32,000 nucleotides of DNA from Promethearchaeota archaeon (GTDB lineage: Archaea; Asgardarchaeota; Lokiarchaeia; Sigyniarchaeales; Promethearchaeaceae). This document shows, piece after piece, positions 15,764-24,864 of the stretch; the first letter of the stretch is position 1, and the number at the start of each line of letters is the position of its first letter. Below the pieces are notes generated by a model. That model was not told the origin of the DNA. It saw only the letters and a program-made list of their open reading frames with translations, and did not search any database. Location: NCBI GenBank assembly GCA_016933055.1, contig JAFGBS010000008.1:60001-92000 (forward strand), read 5' to 3'. The position numbers and the translations under genes were made by a program.

Positions 15764-17659
15764 ATGGATACTTTAATTAAAAAAAAGGAAGGAAATCGTT
15801 TTTTACCCGATTCTTCCGTTATTTTGAGTGGGCAATTGATCGAGCTTATGGACCTAAATATGTTGTATGATACGTTGGAACTAGATGAAAAATCCCCGAT
15901 TGAATTTGTGTATTCCCGTATTGTTATTGCTGAACTGGAAAATCTTGCCAATCAAGATAAATCCATGGGAACAATTGGAATAGAACTACTCCAGCAGTTA
16001 AATGTAAAAATTAAGGAATTAAATGCACAAGGTCATTCAATTGTAACCCTCACATACGGAGAACGTCCTACATTGGAACAGGTTAAGTTAAATTCAGGGG
16101 GGGAGCTCGATGCTGCAATCAGACAACACGCTTTAGAAACAGGATCGAAATTAATAAGTGCAGATAAAGTCCAATACAACCTAGCTGATATTGAACAAAT
16201 TCCAACTATATTTCTTCCCCAAAAGGAAGTAAAAATTCCTTATGAAAAATCCTTGGATAAATATTTTGATGATACATCTATGTCTGTACATCTTCAAGCT
16301 GGATCAAAACCATATGCCAAAAAAGGAAAACCCGGTAAATGGAATCTTATTCAGATAGGGGATAAAGTATTAACTCGTGATGAGATTATGGATCTTTCGG
16401 CAAACATTATTAAAGAAGCAAGAGCGGATCCCCATAGTTTCATCGAGAAAGAACTTAAGGGTGTAACCGTCGTTCAGCTGCGAACTTATCGTATTGTAAT
16501 TTGTACACCACCCTTTTCTAACACTCATGAAATTACTGCTGTGAAACCTTTAGTCCAATTAAGCATGGAAGATTATACTTTAACGGACAGATTAATTGAT
16601 CGATTAGCCCATGCCGAAGGTATCTTAGTAGCAGGTCGACCGGGTGCGGGAAAATCCACTTTTATCTCAGCTTTAGCTCGATTCTATCTAGAACAGAAAA
16701 AGGTCATAAAAACACTCGAAAGTGTTAGGGATTTACAAGTACCTCCGGAGATTACTCAATATACAGAACTTGAGGATGATTTCGAGAAAACTTCAGATAT
16801 TTTATTGCTTGTTCGGCCTGATTATACTATTTTTGATGAAATTCGAACCTCGGATGATTTTCAGATTTTTGCAGATATGCGTCTTGCGGGGGTAGGAATG
16901 ATAGGAGTAGTACACGCTTCCTCTGCTCTTGATGCGATTCAGCGTTTTATTCGAAGAGTTGAGTTAGGAGTGATCCCCGCAATAGTTGATACGGTAGTAT
17001 TTATCCGCAAGGGGGATATTCAAGAAATTCTAAAATTAGAAATGACAGTAAAAACTCCGCATGGCTTACGAGATGCAGATCTTGCTCGCCCGGTAGTCGA
17101 AGTATCAGATTATCAAACTAACAAGGTATTATACGAAATATATGAATTCGGATCAAATATTGTTGTGATCCCTGTCACGAGGAGTTCTCAACGGGGGGAT
17201 AATTATTCTCATTCTTCCCAATCAAAAAGCAAGTATAAGAAGTCTTATAAAAAAAAAAATTACGCTTCAAATAATCCTGGTTGGAACAAAGATGCAGATT
17301 TCTTTAATGAGTCTGATCTAATCTCTACTGAAAGTGGAATGTTGGATGATGATGATGATGATAACGATTATGGATTAGTAGCTTTTCGAAAAAAGGATTT
17401 AATTGAACACATAGGTGCAAATGAGCAAGATGTCATAAAATTCTATATCATTTATGGTAAGAAATCCTTAATTCTGCGAAGTGGTGCGAATTATTCTAAT
17501 CGTTACGTCGATGTGTATGCAAATGAGGAATTTGTTACCTCAGTAACTCTCAATAAAAAAGGGGAAGTAAGATTCGATAAACAGACTCATATGTTTCACA
17601 AGCTTGATAATTCTTTACAGAATGGCAAACATATTTACGGAGTAATTGTTCGGAAATAG
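15764..17659 (+). CDS. PIN-domain/PilT-family ATPase (archaeal PINA, COG1855-like)
   Basis: PIN acidic residues in PDSSV, AELE, GELDAAIR and SADKVQ. Walker A GRPGAGKST, Walker B VRPDYTIFDE, and ADMRLAGVGMIGVVHA. Confidence 0.92.
   Translation: MDTLIKKKEGNRFLPDSSVILSGQLIELMDLNMLYDTLELDEKSPIEFVYSRIVIAELENLANQDKSMGTIGIELLQQLNVKIKELNAQGHSIVTLTYGERPTLEQVKLNSGGELDAAIRQHALETGSKLISADKVQYNLADIEQIPTIFLPQKEVKIPYEKSLDKYFDDTSMSVHLQAGSKPYAKKGKPGKWNLIQIGDKVLTRDEIMDLSANIIKEARADPHSFIEKELKGVTVVQLRTYRIVICTPPFSNTHEITAVKPLVQLSMEDYTLTDRLIDRLAHAEGILVAGRPGAGKSTFISALARFYLEQKKVIKTLESVRDLQVPPEITQYTELEDDFEKTSDILLLVRPDYTIFDEIRTSDDFQIFADMRLAGVGMIGVVHASSALDAIQRFIRRVELGVIPAIVDTVVFIRKGDIQEILKLEMTVKTPHGLRDADLARPVVEVSDYQTNKVLYEIYEFGSNIVVIPVTRSSQRGDNYSHSSQSKSKYKKSYKKKNYASNNPGWNKDADFFNESDLISTESGMLDDDDDDNDYGLVAFRKKDLIEHIGANEQDVIKFYIIYGKKSLILRSGANYSNRYVDVYANEEFVTSVTLNKKGEVRFDKQTHMFHKLDNSLQNGKHIYGVIVRK
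17345..17362 (+). repeat. (GAT)6 microsatellite encoding an Asp6 run in PINA
   Basis: GATGATGATGATGATGAT in frame. Confidence 0.8.
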
Positions 17660-17666
17660 TCTTCAC

Positions 17667-20600
17667 TTAGCTCCACAACCTTTTAACAGCTGTATCTAAA
17701 ACATGAATTTTTTTTTGATATAATTCGTTTTTCCATAGCCGATTTTGCAGTGTTTTGGGTTTAATAAGAAGAGATAACAATGTCCAAATTTTTTGATATT
17801 TGTTGAATGGGGACTCAAGGTCCATTTGCAGAATAATTTGCTTGAGACTATTGGTATTAGTTAATAAAAGTTTCTCCTTTTCGGTGATTGAATGAAAAAT
17901 TTCAGAATAAAATTGATAGTCATTGCTTTGTACACACTCTTGATTGTGTTCTTTAAATTTTTCTGCATCAAAAAACTTCCCACAATTACTACAGAATCTA
18001 CAAAGTAGAGCAGACTGAATTTGAGAGAAAATAAATTCAAAACAATAGGTTTTAACATAATCTTCAATGCTTCTAGCCAATTTTGCAATCATTTTTTGAG
18101 CTGGTGTCCCTTTATATACTCCAATATAACATTTTAAGGGATTTTTATGAATATTACGAAGAGAACCTCCCGCTCCTGTGCTTCCCATCCATTTTGTAAA
18201 TTCAGTTATAGTTGGGGAATTTAGTACCCCTACCAAATAATAAGCTTCAAGATCACTTTTTGGCACATAATAATATAATGAGCTATCCACTAATGCGTTT
18301 GTTTGTACGAATGCTGCTTTTACTTTACTTCCAATGCCGCTATATATTACTTTTTTACTTTGTTGTTGGTTTTCATGGAGTAATTTATTGTTGTAATTAA
18401 TGTTTTCGAACAAATTTGCAATTGCAGCGCCAGATTTAATATTGTTAATATATGTCGAGTGCAAGAAAAGATAATGATCTCTGGCTCGCGTATCATTACC
18501 AAATAGTTCAAATAGATCGTTTTCAGTTAAACTTTGAAATTTTTTTAATGCATCTCTATTCGAGTAATCGTTTTTCAATGGTAAAAACACAGTACTATAA
18601 CGCAATATATGAAAAGGAACCAGTTCAGTACTTTTCAAAACCCAATGCAAATAAGAATACTCTATAGTTGTTTTATCAAATGCCTTATAACTCCATCCTC
18701 CATATCGTTTAGATCTAATTAGTGAATCAGGGATTATACTTATCAAGTTGGATGAATTTTGACCTTTTGGCAAAATTGAAACAAATAAAAGATTTCTCGG
18801 ACCAATGCATGCACCTTGTCGAAATTCATTATGATAGGGACTTTTTTCCACTCTCAATGTCCTTTTTAATTCAGGAATGAATCTGCCAACTCCCCCTTCT
18901 TCCTCCATGATCTTATCCTTAACCTCGTGTAATGCATAAAAATTATTTGCCGCTCGAATATACACGGGAATATAGGTCTCGGACGATTTGGTAATGAAAT
19001 TTCCGTGATTTGTTGATACTTTATTCTTCACGAGGATTCGATATTTATTTGCGGGAGGCTCTTGTCCAAATTCAGCAAGGATACAGACATTATGTATATT
19101 AAACAGATCATGATCAAATTTCCAGATACAGATATTTTTCAAATTAGTAAATCTTCTCACTTTCTCATTTTGAGAACCTGTGAGAATACCTGCACTGACA
19201 ACTAAGAATAATTTCCCACCTGATTTGAGGTGAAATCCTGCTGATTTTTCCAAGAATAATGAGGATATTTCTAAATTACTAATATTTTGTGTATCAGTCG
19301 ATATTCTCAAAGTTCGTGCAAGAATTTTTAATTTTTCTTTATAGTCTTCAGAATTGATGCTGTTAATCACTATCCAAGGAGGATTACCCAAAATGACATC
19401 ATATTTTATGTCCAATTTATGGAATAAATAATCTCCAATGTCAATATGCGATAATAAAACATCAACGGAGCGATCCCAGTTAATCTCACGACAAATCGAC
19501 AGTTTTTGGAGGTATAGAACTGCAATCATTAAGTTAAGTTTTGTAATTATGATTGAGAGGGGATTTATATCCATTCCATACAGAGCATGAAGAGCAGATT
19601 CGTTGATTTCCTTGTTATCTTCTATAATTAAATTGATAGCTTCTAAAAGAAACATGCCGGAACCGCAAGCTGGATCTAACACACTTTCCCCTGGTGAATA
19701 AACAGTTTTTACCATATCTCTACATAGCTCAATCGTTGTATAATACTCTCCAAGTTTGTGCCGATGCGAGAAAGATATCAGTTCTTGGTAAAATAGATAT
19801 AATATATCAGAAATTTGTTGGGGGGGATTATAGATTATTGTGGTTCTCAGGGCTTTTCTTAAGATTCTCCTCATAGTTATATCTTGAAATTGATTGGATA
19901 GGAAATATTGTTCTATTAATAGAGATAGGGTTGGGAACAACGTTTGCAAATTATATGATTGATATTCATCGAATTCGTTAAGAACTACAAGGAGTTCTTG
20001 GCATACCAATATTAAATAAAAGTGAGTCCAATACAAATCCTTTGAAAGGTTTGAATCGTGGTAGATTTGTTGAAAATATTTCTTCCACAGTTCTAAAACG
20101 TCTGAAGAGAGGTTTTTGGGAGCTTCCTTAAACCAGTGATAAAAGAAAGAATTATATCCGAATATACGTGCGAAATTCGAACTATTACAAGGTGTTATTT
20201 CGGTAATTAGCGGATATAACCACTCACACTGATTTTCATCCATAAATTTGATAAAAGGCCTCAATTTCTCATTTTCACAATTGATGGTTTTTTGATTTGC
20301 TAGAGTCTGGATTCTACGAGTAGGTTTATGTGTTTCTGACAGTTTTTCTTCTGTTTTATGAGTAAAGAGCAATCTTATTGGAGTATCTTCATCATTAGCA
20401 TTCATAAATACTAATATTTTGTCATGATGCACCTGAATATAAAACTCCGGCCTAAATTTTACTTCATCATTAAGAAAAACAGGAAGAATTTCTTCTGAAG
20501 TTGCTTTACTGGCGATATCAATTAATATTTTTCCGACTATCGAATCCTCTTCTAACCAAAATTGATGATCTAATTCAAGATTTGTTTTCACAGTGACCAA
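17667..20600 (-). CDS. N6-adenine DNA methyltransferase of type IIG/Eco57I-like architecture (start codon uncertain)
   Basis: Motif X GEYYT, motif I LDPACGSGMFL and motif IV ILGNPPW. C-terminal TRD-like region FRQG..IGPRNL...YNNKL...KVKAAFV...YYLVGVLNS. The track start at 20600 is TTG; alternatives are GTG 20591 and ATG 20405. Confidence 0.85.
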   Translation of the reverse strand: MVTVKTNLELDHQFWLEEDSIVGKILIDIASKATSEEILPVFLNDEVKFRPEFYIQVHHDKILVFMNANDEDTPIRLLFTHKTEEKLSETHKPTRRIQTLANQKTINCENEKLRPFIKFMDENQCEWLYPLITEITPCNSSNFARIFGYNSFFYHWFKEAPKNLSSDVLELWKKYFQQIYHDSNLSKDLYWTHFYLILVCQELLVVLNEFDEYQSYNLQTLFPTLSLLIEQYFLSNQFQDITMRRILRKALRTTIIYNPPQQISDILYLFYQELISFSHRHKLGEYYTTIELCRDMVKTVYSPGESVLDPACGSGMFLLEAINLIIEDNKEINESALHALYGMDINPLSIIITKLNLMIAVLYLQKLSICREINWDRSVDVLLSHIDIGDYLFHKLDIKYDVILGNPPWIVINSINSEDYKEKLKILARTLRISTDTQNISNLEISSLFLEKSAGFHLKSGGKLFLVVSAGILTGSQNEKVRRFTNLKNICIWKFDHDLFNIHNVCILAEFGQEPPANKYRILVKNKVSTNHGNFITKSSETYIPVYIRAANNFYALHEVKDKIMEEEGGVGRFIPELKRTLRVEKSPYHNEFRQGACIGPRNLLFVSILPKGQNSSNLISIIPDSLIRSKRYGGWSYKAFDKTTIEYSYLHWVLKSTELVPFHILRYSTVFLPLKNDYSNRDALKKFQSLTENDLFELFGNDTRARDHYLFLHSTYINNIKSGAAIANLFENINYNNKLLHENQQQSKKVIYSGIGSKVKAAFVQTNALVDSSLYYYVPKSDLEAYYLVGVLNSPTITEFTKWMGSTGAGGSLRNIHKNPLKCYIGVYKGTPAQKMIAKLARSIEDYVKTYCFEFIFSQIQSALLCRFCSNCGKFFDAEKFKEHNQECVQSNDYQFYSEIFHSITEKEKLLLTNTNSLKQIILQMDLESPFNKYQKIWTLLSLLIKPKTLQNRLWKNELYQKKIHVLDTAVKRLWS

Positions 20601-20634
20601 AATTTATAACGATCTAGAAAAGAAAAGTGTTACG

Positions 20635-22065
20635 CTATCGCGTACGAATTAATTCTGTATCAGCAATTCTATTTTTTAATCCCAACACTCGGAGCATTAA
20701 ATCCCTATCGTCCATAGCTTTCTCGAATGCATCATATACATTATTTCCTTTTACGATATTTGAACATAATGGAGCACCATTGGGGATGAATGAACCGATT
20801 AAAGGTACATCTCGGAACTCTAGCCCTTGTAGATCTACCATTATATGAAAATCAAGGGGACTGTAATATATAGCTCTGAGATATGTTTTATCATCGGATA
20901 AATACGCATCATTGGGCAAAATATTTTGATCAATTGATTTGAGATGATGTTGTATGAGATTTTCACCCGTACATGCCAGTACCAAATCAATTGTCCCTTG
21001 AAACCTTGGATTTAATTCGATAAAATAAATCCGTACATCTTCATTTGTGTTCTGAAGAACGAAATCAATCCCATTAGATCCCTTTAATTGAGCCAACTGG
21101 GTCAATTTTAGGGCCAAATTCATTAATTCTGCGGTAATTAAAGCATTCTTTGGATGATTTGGATCAGAAATGGTCTTATTCATTATGTTGCCGCAATAAG
21201 TAAAGTTCCCTTTGCATCCGAATCGGTGTTCTCCAATAATTTGTTGTGAAATAGTATGAATCTTAACTTTGTTACCATTTGCGAAAAATGAACAACTCAT
21301 AGGAATACCATTTATGAACTCTTGGATTATATAGGGGGGAGATCGTATCTTGATCAAGATTTCTAATGAATTCGTAAAATCTCCAGGATTTTGAATAAGA
21401 TAAATGCCTAATCCCCCTCCCGAATTAGCAGATTTTAGCACAAAGGGATAGTTCATGCATTTCGCGACAATTCTTAAGAATTCATTTGCGTTCACTTTCA
21501 CAGTAAAGGGGGAATCTTTGACTTCACCTTTCGGATTATGGATTGTATAATGAAATTCATCTTGTATTATCTTAAATATTATCGTTTTTGGGAATCGGAT
21601 CGAATTTTTCATAAGGTAAGGGAAAAGTAGATTAGGATTTCGAACATTTTGTGCAAATTTTGGTAGGTTTCCTTTATAGTTTTTAAATTTTGTAATCCTT
21701 TCCCAAATTTCGAAATCATTTTCAAATGAACTTCCCAAAATTAAATAATCACAATTTTCGATTCTCTCTCTGTTGGTTAGGATAGATTGATATAGATAAT
21801 ATGCTGCTGTATGTTGAAGTTCTCCCTTCTCATCTCGTATAGCGTCTAAATCAACTTGAGAAAACTCATCCGCTAAGCGACGTAAATCCATATCAGCAAA
21901 ACAATCAATGACAAAAGTATTCAATCCTGCACATTTTGCCACAAAATTTAATGAACGAGCTGTATATCCTACAATAGCAATTTTTTTATTCAATAAATAT
22001 CGTTCTTTTTGTACGGAAGGAAAATCTTTCCAATCATCTCTTTTGCAGCTATGTGGGACTTTCAT
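20635..22065 (-). CDS. ATP-grasp carboxylate-amine ligase, COG2232-like
   Basis: TARSLNFVAKCAGLNTFVIDCFADMD, LGSSFEN, VLKS..SGGGLGI, IIQEFING, GIDFVL, FIELNPRFQGT and GAPLCS. Confidence 0.8.
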   Translation of the reverse strand: MKVPHSCKRDDWKDFPSVQKERYLLNKKIAIVGYTARSLNFVAKCAGLNTFVIDCFADMDLRRLADEFSQVDLDAIRDEKGELQHTAAYYLYQSILTNRERIENCDYLILGSSFENDFEIWERITKFKNYKGNLPKFAQNVRNPNLLFPYLMKNSIRFPKTIIFKIIQDEFHYTIHNPKGEVKDSPFTVKVNANEFLRIVAKCMNYPFVLKSANSGGGLGIYLIQNPGDFTNSLEILIKIRSPPYIIQEFINGIPMSCSFFANGNKVKIHTISQQIIGEHRFGCKGNFTYCGNIMNKTISDPNHPKNALITAELMNLALKLTQLAQLKGSNGIDFVLQNTNEDVRIYFIELNPRFQGTIDLVLACTGENLIQHHLKSIDQNILPNDAYLSDDKTYLRAIYYSPLDFHIMVDLQGLEFRDVPLIGSFIPNGAPLCSNIVKGNNVYDAFEKAMDDRDLMLRVLGLKNRIADTELIRTR

Positions 22066-22186
22066 TATATGAATTAACTTCTCTATTCATAAAAAAGTTC
22101 TGAGATGGAATTGACAAAAACATAACAATTATATCATTTCTAACATTAACCATACTATCGTAATAAATCGAATAAATGTGGTGTTC

Positions 22187-23410
22187 ATGCGGAAAAGAAC
22201 TAAAAAATTATTAGTACGATTAATTCCCATTATCATTATTTTTCTAGGCATAAATATAGGGTTTGGTATTGACTATTACTTGCGTATACCCAAAGAATGG
22301 TATACTAGTACACCTTATGGTGGGGGGTATACTACAATTAATGCCCATAGTTTTAATGTAAATCCCCAAAACAAACTTGTATATATGACTTCAGGAGATG
22401 TATTACAAATTATTAACGTTGATAACCCTAACAATCCTTCTTTATTATCAGAATTCAATAAAACCAATCCGGCAACATTCATGGCACGTGAGGGCGATCT
22501 ATTAGTTCTCGCTGGGGAAAATGATTTTAACATCATCAATATTAGTAACCCTGCACTACCTGTGAACTTGAGTATATTTAACATAAATGTCAATTATACA
22601 ATTGCAGATGTGGCGATTAAAGGGGATTATGTTTTTCTGGCAGTTTCTCCAATTTCACCGTATATAGACAGTCTAAACTTCCAAGTATTAGTTTCGGTTA
22701 ATATTAGCAATCCATTGGATCCCAAAGAAGGTGCAATGTACCGAAGATACGGTTTTTATTCCTATTCATTAACCTTACATGAAGATATTGCTTATATCAC
22801 TCATCCTGATAAAGGTATAGCAATAGTTAATATTACGAATCCTGAAAATCTCAATGGATTGGGATACTTAACGAAGTTTGGATTACTTAGCACATATCCG
22901 TGGGCAATAAATGCATATCAAACTGCGATTAAAAAAACTACTACAGCAACTTATATCCTTATTGCAGATCATGACAACGGTTATATTGTAGCAGATGTGA
23001 CGGACCCTACAGTTCCTCAACCAATTGGTGGCACTTCCATGCCCTATAGTATATCATTATTTGCGACTTTTAATTATGCATACGTGCTTCAAAAAAATGG
23101 AACTATCAGTGTTTTTTCGTTAACTGATCCTATACAACGGGAATTGGTGGGCAGATTTGATCCTTATAATGAGTTAATCAACGCAAGAGATATCTATGTC
23201 CATCAATCCACAAACACTCTGTATTTACTTCGAAATAATGGATTGACAATGTATAATTTAGTTGAGGGGATAAAGAACGATTATTTTAGAGTAGAAGCAG
23301 CACTTGATTACACATTGGTAGCGATTGTTTTTAGTTTGATATTATGCGTTCCTCTCGGCATTGCGGTGATTATACGTCATCGAGAAACAGCAACATTTTC
23401 AAAATATTGA
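22187..23410 (+). CDS. LVIVD-repeat beta-propeller membrane/surface protein
   Basis: At least six repeats of the type L-x-I-I-N/D-V/I-S/T-N/D-P-x-x-P. Hydrophobic helices at both termini. ATG 22187 preferred over the track's GTG 22178. Confidence 0.8.
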   Translation: MRKRTKKLLVRLIPIIIIFLGINIGFGIDYYLRIPKEWYTSTPYGGGYTTINAHSFNVNPQNKLVYMTSGDVLQIINVDNPNNPSLLSEFNKTNPATFMAREGDLLVLAGENDFNIINISNPALPVNLSIFNINVNYTIADVAIKGDYVFLAVSPISPYIDSLNFQVLVSVNISNPLDPKEGAMYRRYGFYSYSLTLHEDIAYITHPDKGIAIVNITNPENLNGLGYLTKFGLLSTYPWAINAYQTAIKKTTTATYILIADHDNGYIVADVTDPTVPQPIGGTSMPYSISLFATFNYAYVLQKNGTISVFSLTDPIQRELVGRFDPYNELINARDIYVHQSTNTLYLLRNNGLTMYNLVEGIKNDYFRVEAALDYTLVAIVFSLILCVPLGIAVIIRHRETATFSKY

Positions 23411-23417
23411 AACATCA

Positions 23418-23442
23418 TTTCCTTTTCTTTTTCTTTTTCTTT
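23418..23442 (+). terminator. Pyrimidine/T-rich terminator after the LVIVD gene
   Basis: TTTCCTTTTCTTTTTCTTTTTCTTT starting 8 bp after the stop. Confidence 0.55.
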
Positions 23443-23514
23443 CCAAAAACACAAAGGAATAGCTTTATTTGACTACACTAGTTGTGATTATCATCACCGA
23501 CTAAATGAAATAGC

Positions 23515-24864
23515 ATGAGTAAAGAAAAACGTGTTACAAAGGAAGAGTTAATTGAAAAAGCGAAATTACCGGCTAAAAATGCATTAAAAATGCATCCGTT
23601 TTTTCGGGGCAAGATTGCAACGGTTCCCCGCTGTTCTATACGAGATTTTCAAGATTTTGGCATTTGGTATTCTCCGGGTGTTGCTGCTCCATGCCGAGAG
23701 ATTGCTAATAATGAGGATCTGGTTTATAAATATACTCATAAGTGGAATACGGTTGCAGTAGTCTCTGATGGAACCCGTGTATTAGGATTGGGAGACATTG
23801 GACCCCAAGCTGCAATGCCAGTCATGGAAGGAAAATCTCTTCTATTTAAATATTTAGGGGGGGTTGATGCATGGCCATTATGTATTGGTCCGGGATTAGA
23901 TGCTGAACAGATCATTCAAATTGTGAAATGGATTCAACCTACATTCGGAGGAATCAATCTAGAGGATATTGAAAAACCCAAATGTTTTACAGTCTTAGAC
24001 AAACTACGAGCAGATCCCGAGGTAAAGATTCCCGTATGGCACGATGATCAACAAGGAACTGCATGCGTAACCTTAGCAGGTCTTATTAATGCACTAAAGA
24101 TTGTTGGAAAGAAAAAATCAGAAGTAAAAATCGCTTTAGTTGGAGCGGGTTCGGCTAATGTAGCAATTGCCAGAATTCTCTTCTCCGCGGGATATAATCC
24201 CAAAAAATGTGTATTTGTAGACTCTCAAGGTATTTTGAGTCTCGATCGAAACGATCTAGAGGGGTATAAAGAGGAAATTGCTCATAATACCAATGGTGAG
24301 GGTTTAACGGGGGGAATTGCAGAAGCTATGAAGGGTGCAGATGTTATGTGCGGATTATCGAAACCAGGACCTGATACGATTAAAAAAGAATGGGTAACAT
24401 TAATGGCGGATGATGCTATTGTTTTTGCTTGCGCGAATCCAATTCCTGAAATCTGGCCATGGGATGCGAAAGAAGCAGGAGCACGAATCGTTGCAACGGG
24501 GAGATCTGATTTTGAAAATCAAGTAAATAATTCTTTAGGATTCCCAGGTATATTTCGAGGTACTCTGGATGTACGGGCTGTTACTATTACTGATGAAATG
24601 TGTGTCGCTGCTGCGGAAGAAATAGCAAAAGTTCAAGAAGATAAGGGATTGAGTGAGACTCAAATTATACCGACTATGGATGATTGGGAAATCTACCCCA
24701 GAGAGGCAGTTGCTGTTGGTATGAAAGCTATTGAACAAGGCCTTGCCCGATTAAAACTTTCTCGAGCTGAAATTTTTGAACAAGCTGAAAAAATCATCAA
24801 AAGTTCCCGAGACATAGCTCAATTTCTGATGAAAGAAGGATTCATTCCCCATTACGAGGATTAA
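23515..24864 (+). CDS. mae: NAD(P)-dependent malic enzyme (COG0281)
   Basis: VAVVSDGTRVLGLGDIG, MEGKSLLFK, FGGINLEDI, HDDQQGTA, GAGSAN and GRSDFENQVNNSLGFPGIFRG. Confidence 0.95.
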   Translation: MSKEKRVTKEELIEKAKLPAKNALKMHPFFRGKIATVPRCSIRDFQDFGIWYSPGVAAPCREIANNEDLVYKYTHKWNTVAVVSDGTRVLGLGDIGPQAAMPVMEGKSLLFKYLGGVDAWPLCIGPGLDAEQIIQIVKWIQPTFGGINLEDIEKPKCFTVLDKLRADPEVKIPVWHDDQQGTACVTLAGLINALKIVGKKKSEVKIALVGAGSANVAIARILFSAGYNPKKCVFVDSQGILSLDRNDLEGYKEEIAHNTNGEGLTGGIAEAMKGADVMCGLSKPGPDTIKKEWVTLMADDAIVFACANPIPEIWPWDAKEAGARIVATGRSDFENQVNNSLGFPGIFRGTLDVRAVTITDEMCVAAAEEIAKVQEDKGLSETQIIPTMDDWEIYPREAVAVGMKAIEQGLARLKLSRAEIFEQAEKIIKSSRDIAQFLMKEGFIPHYED

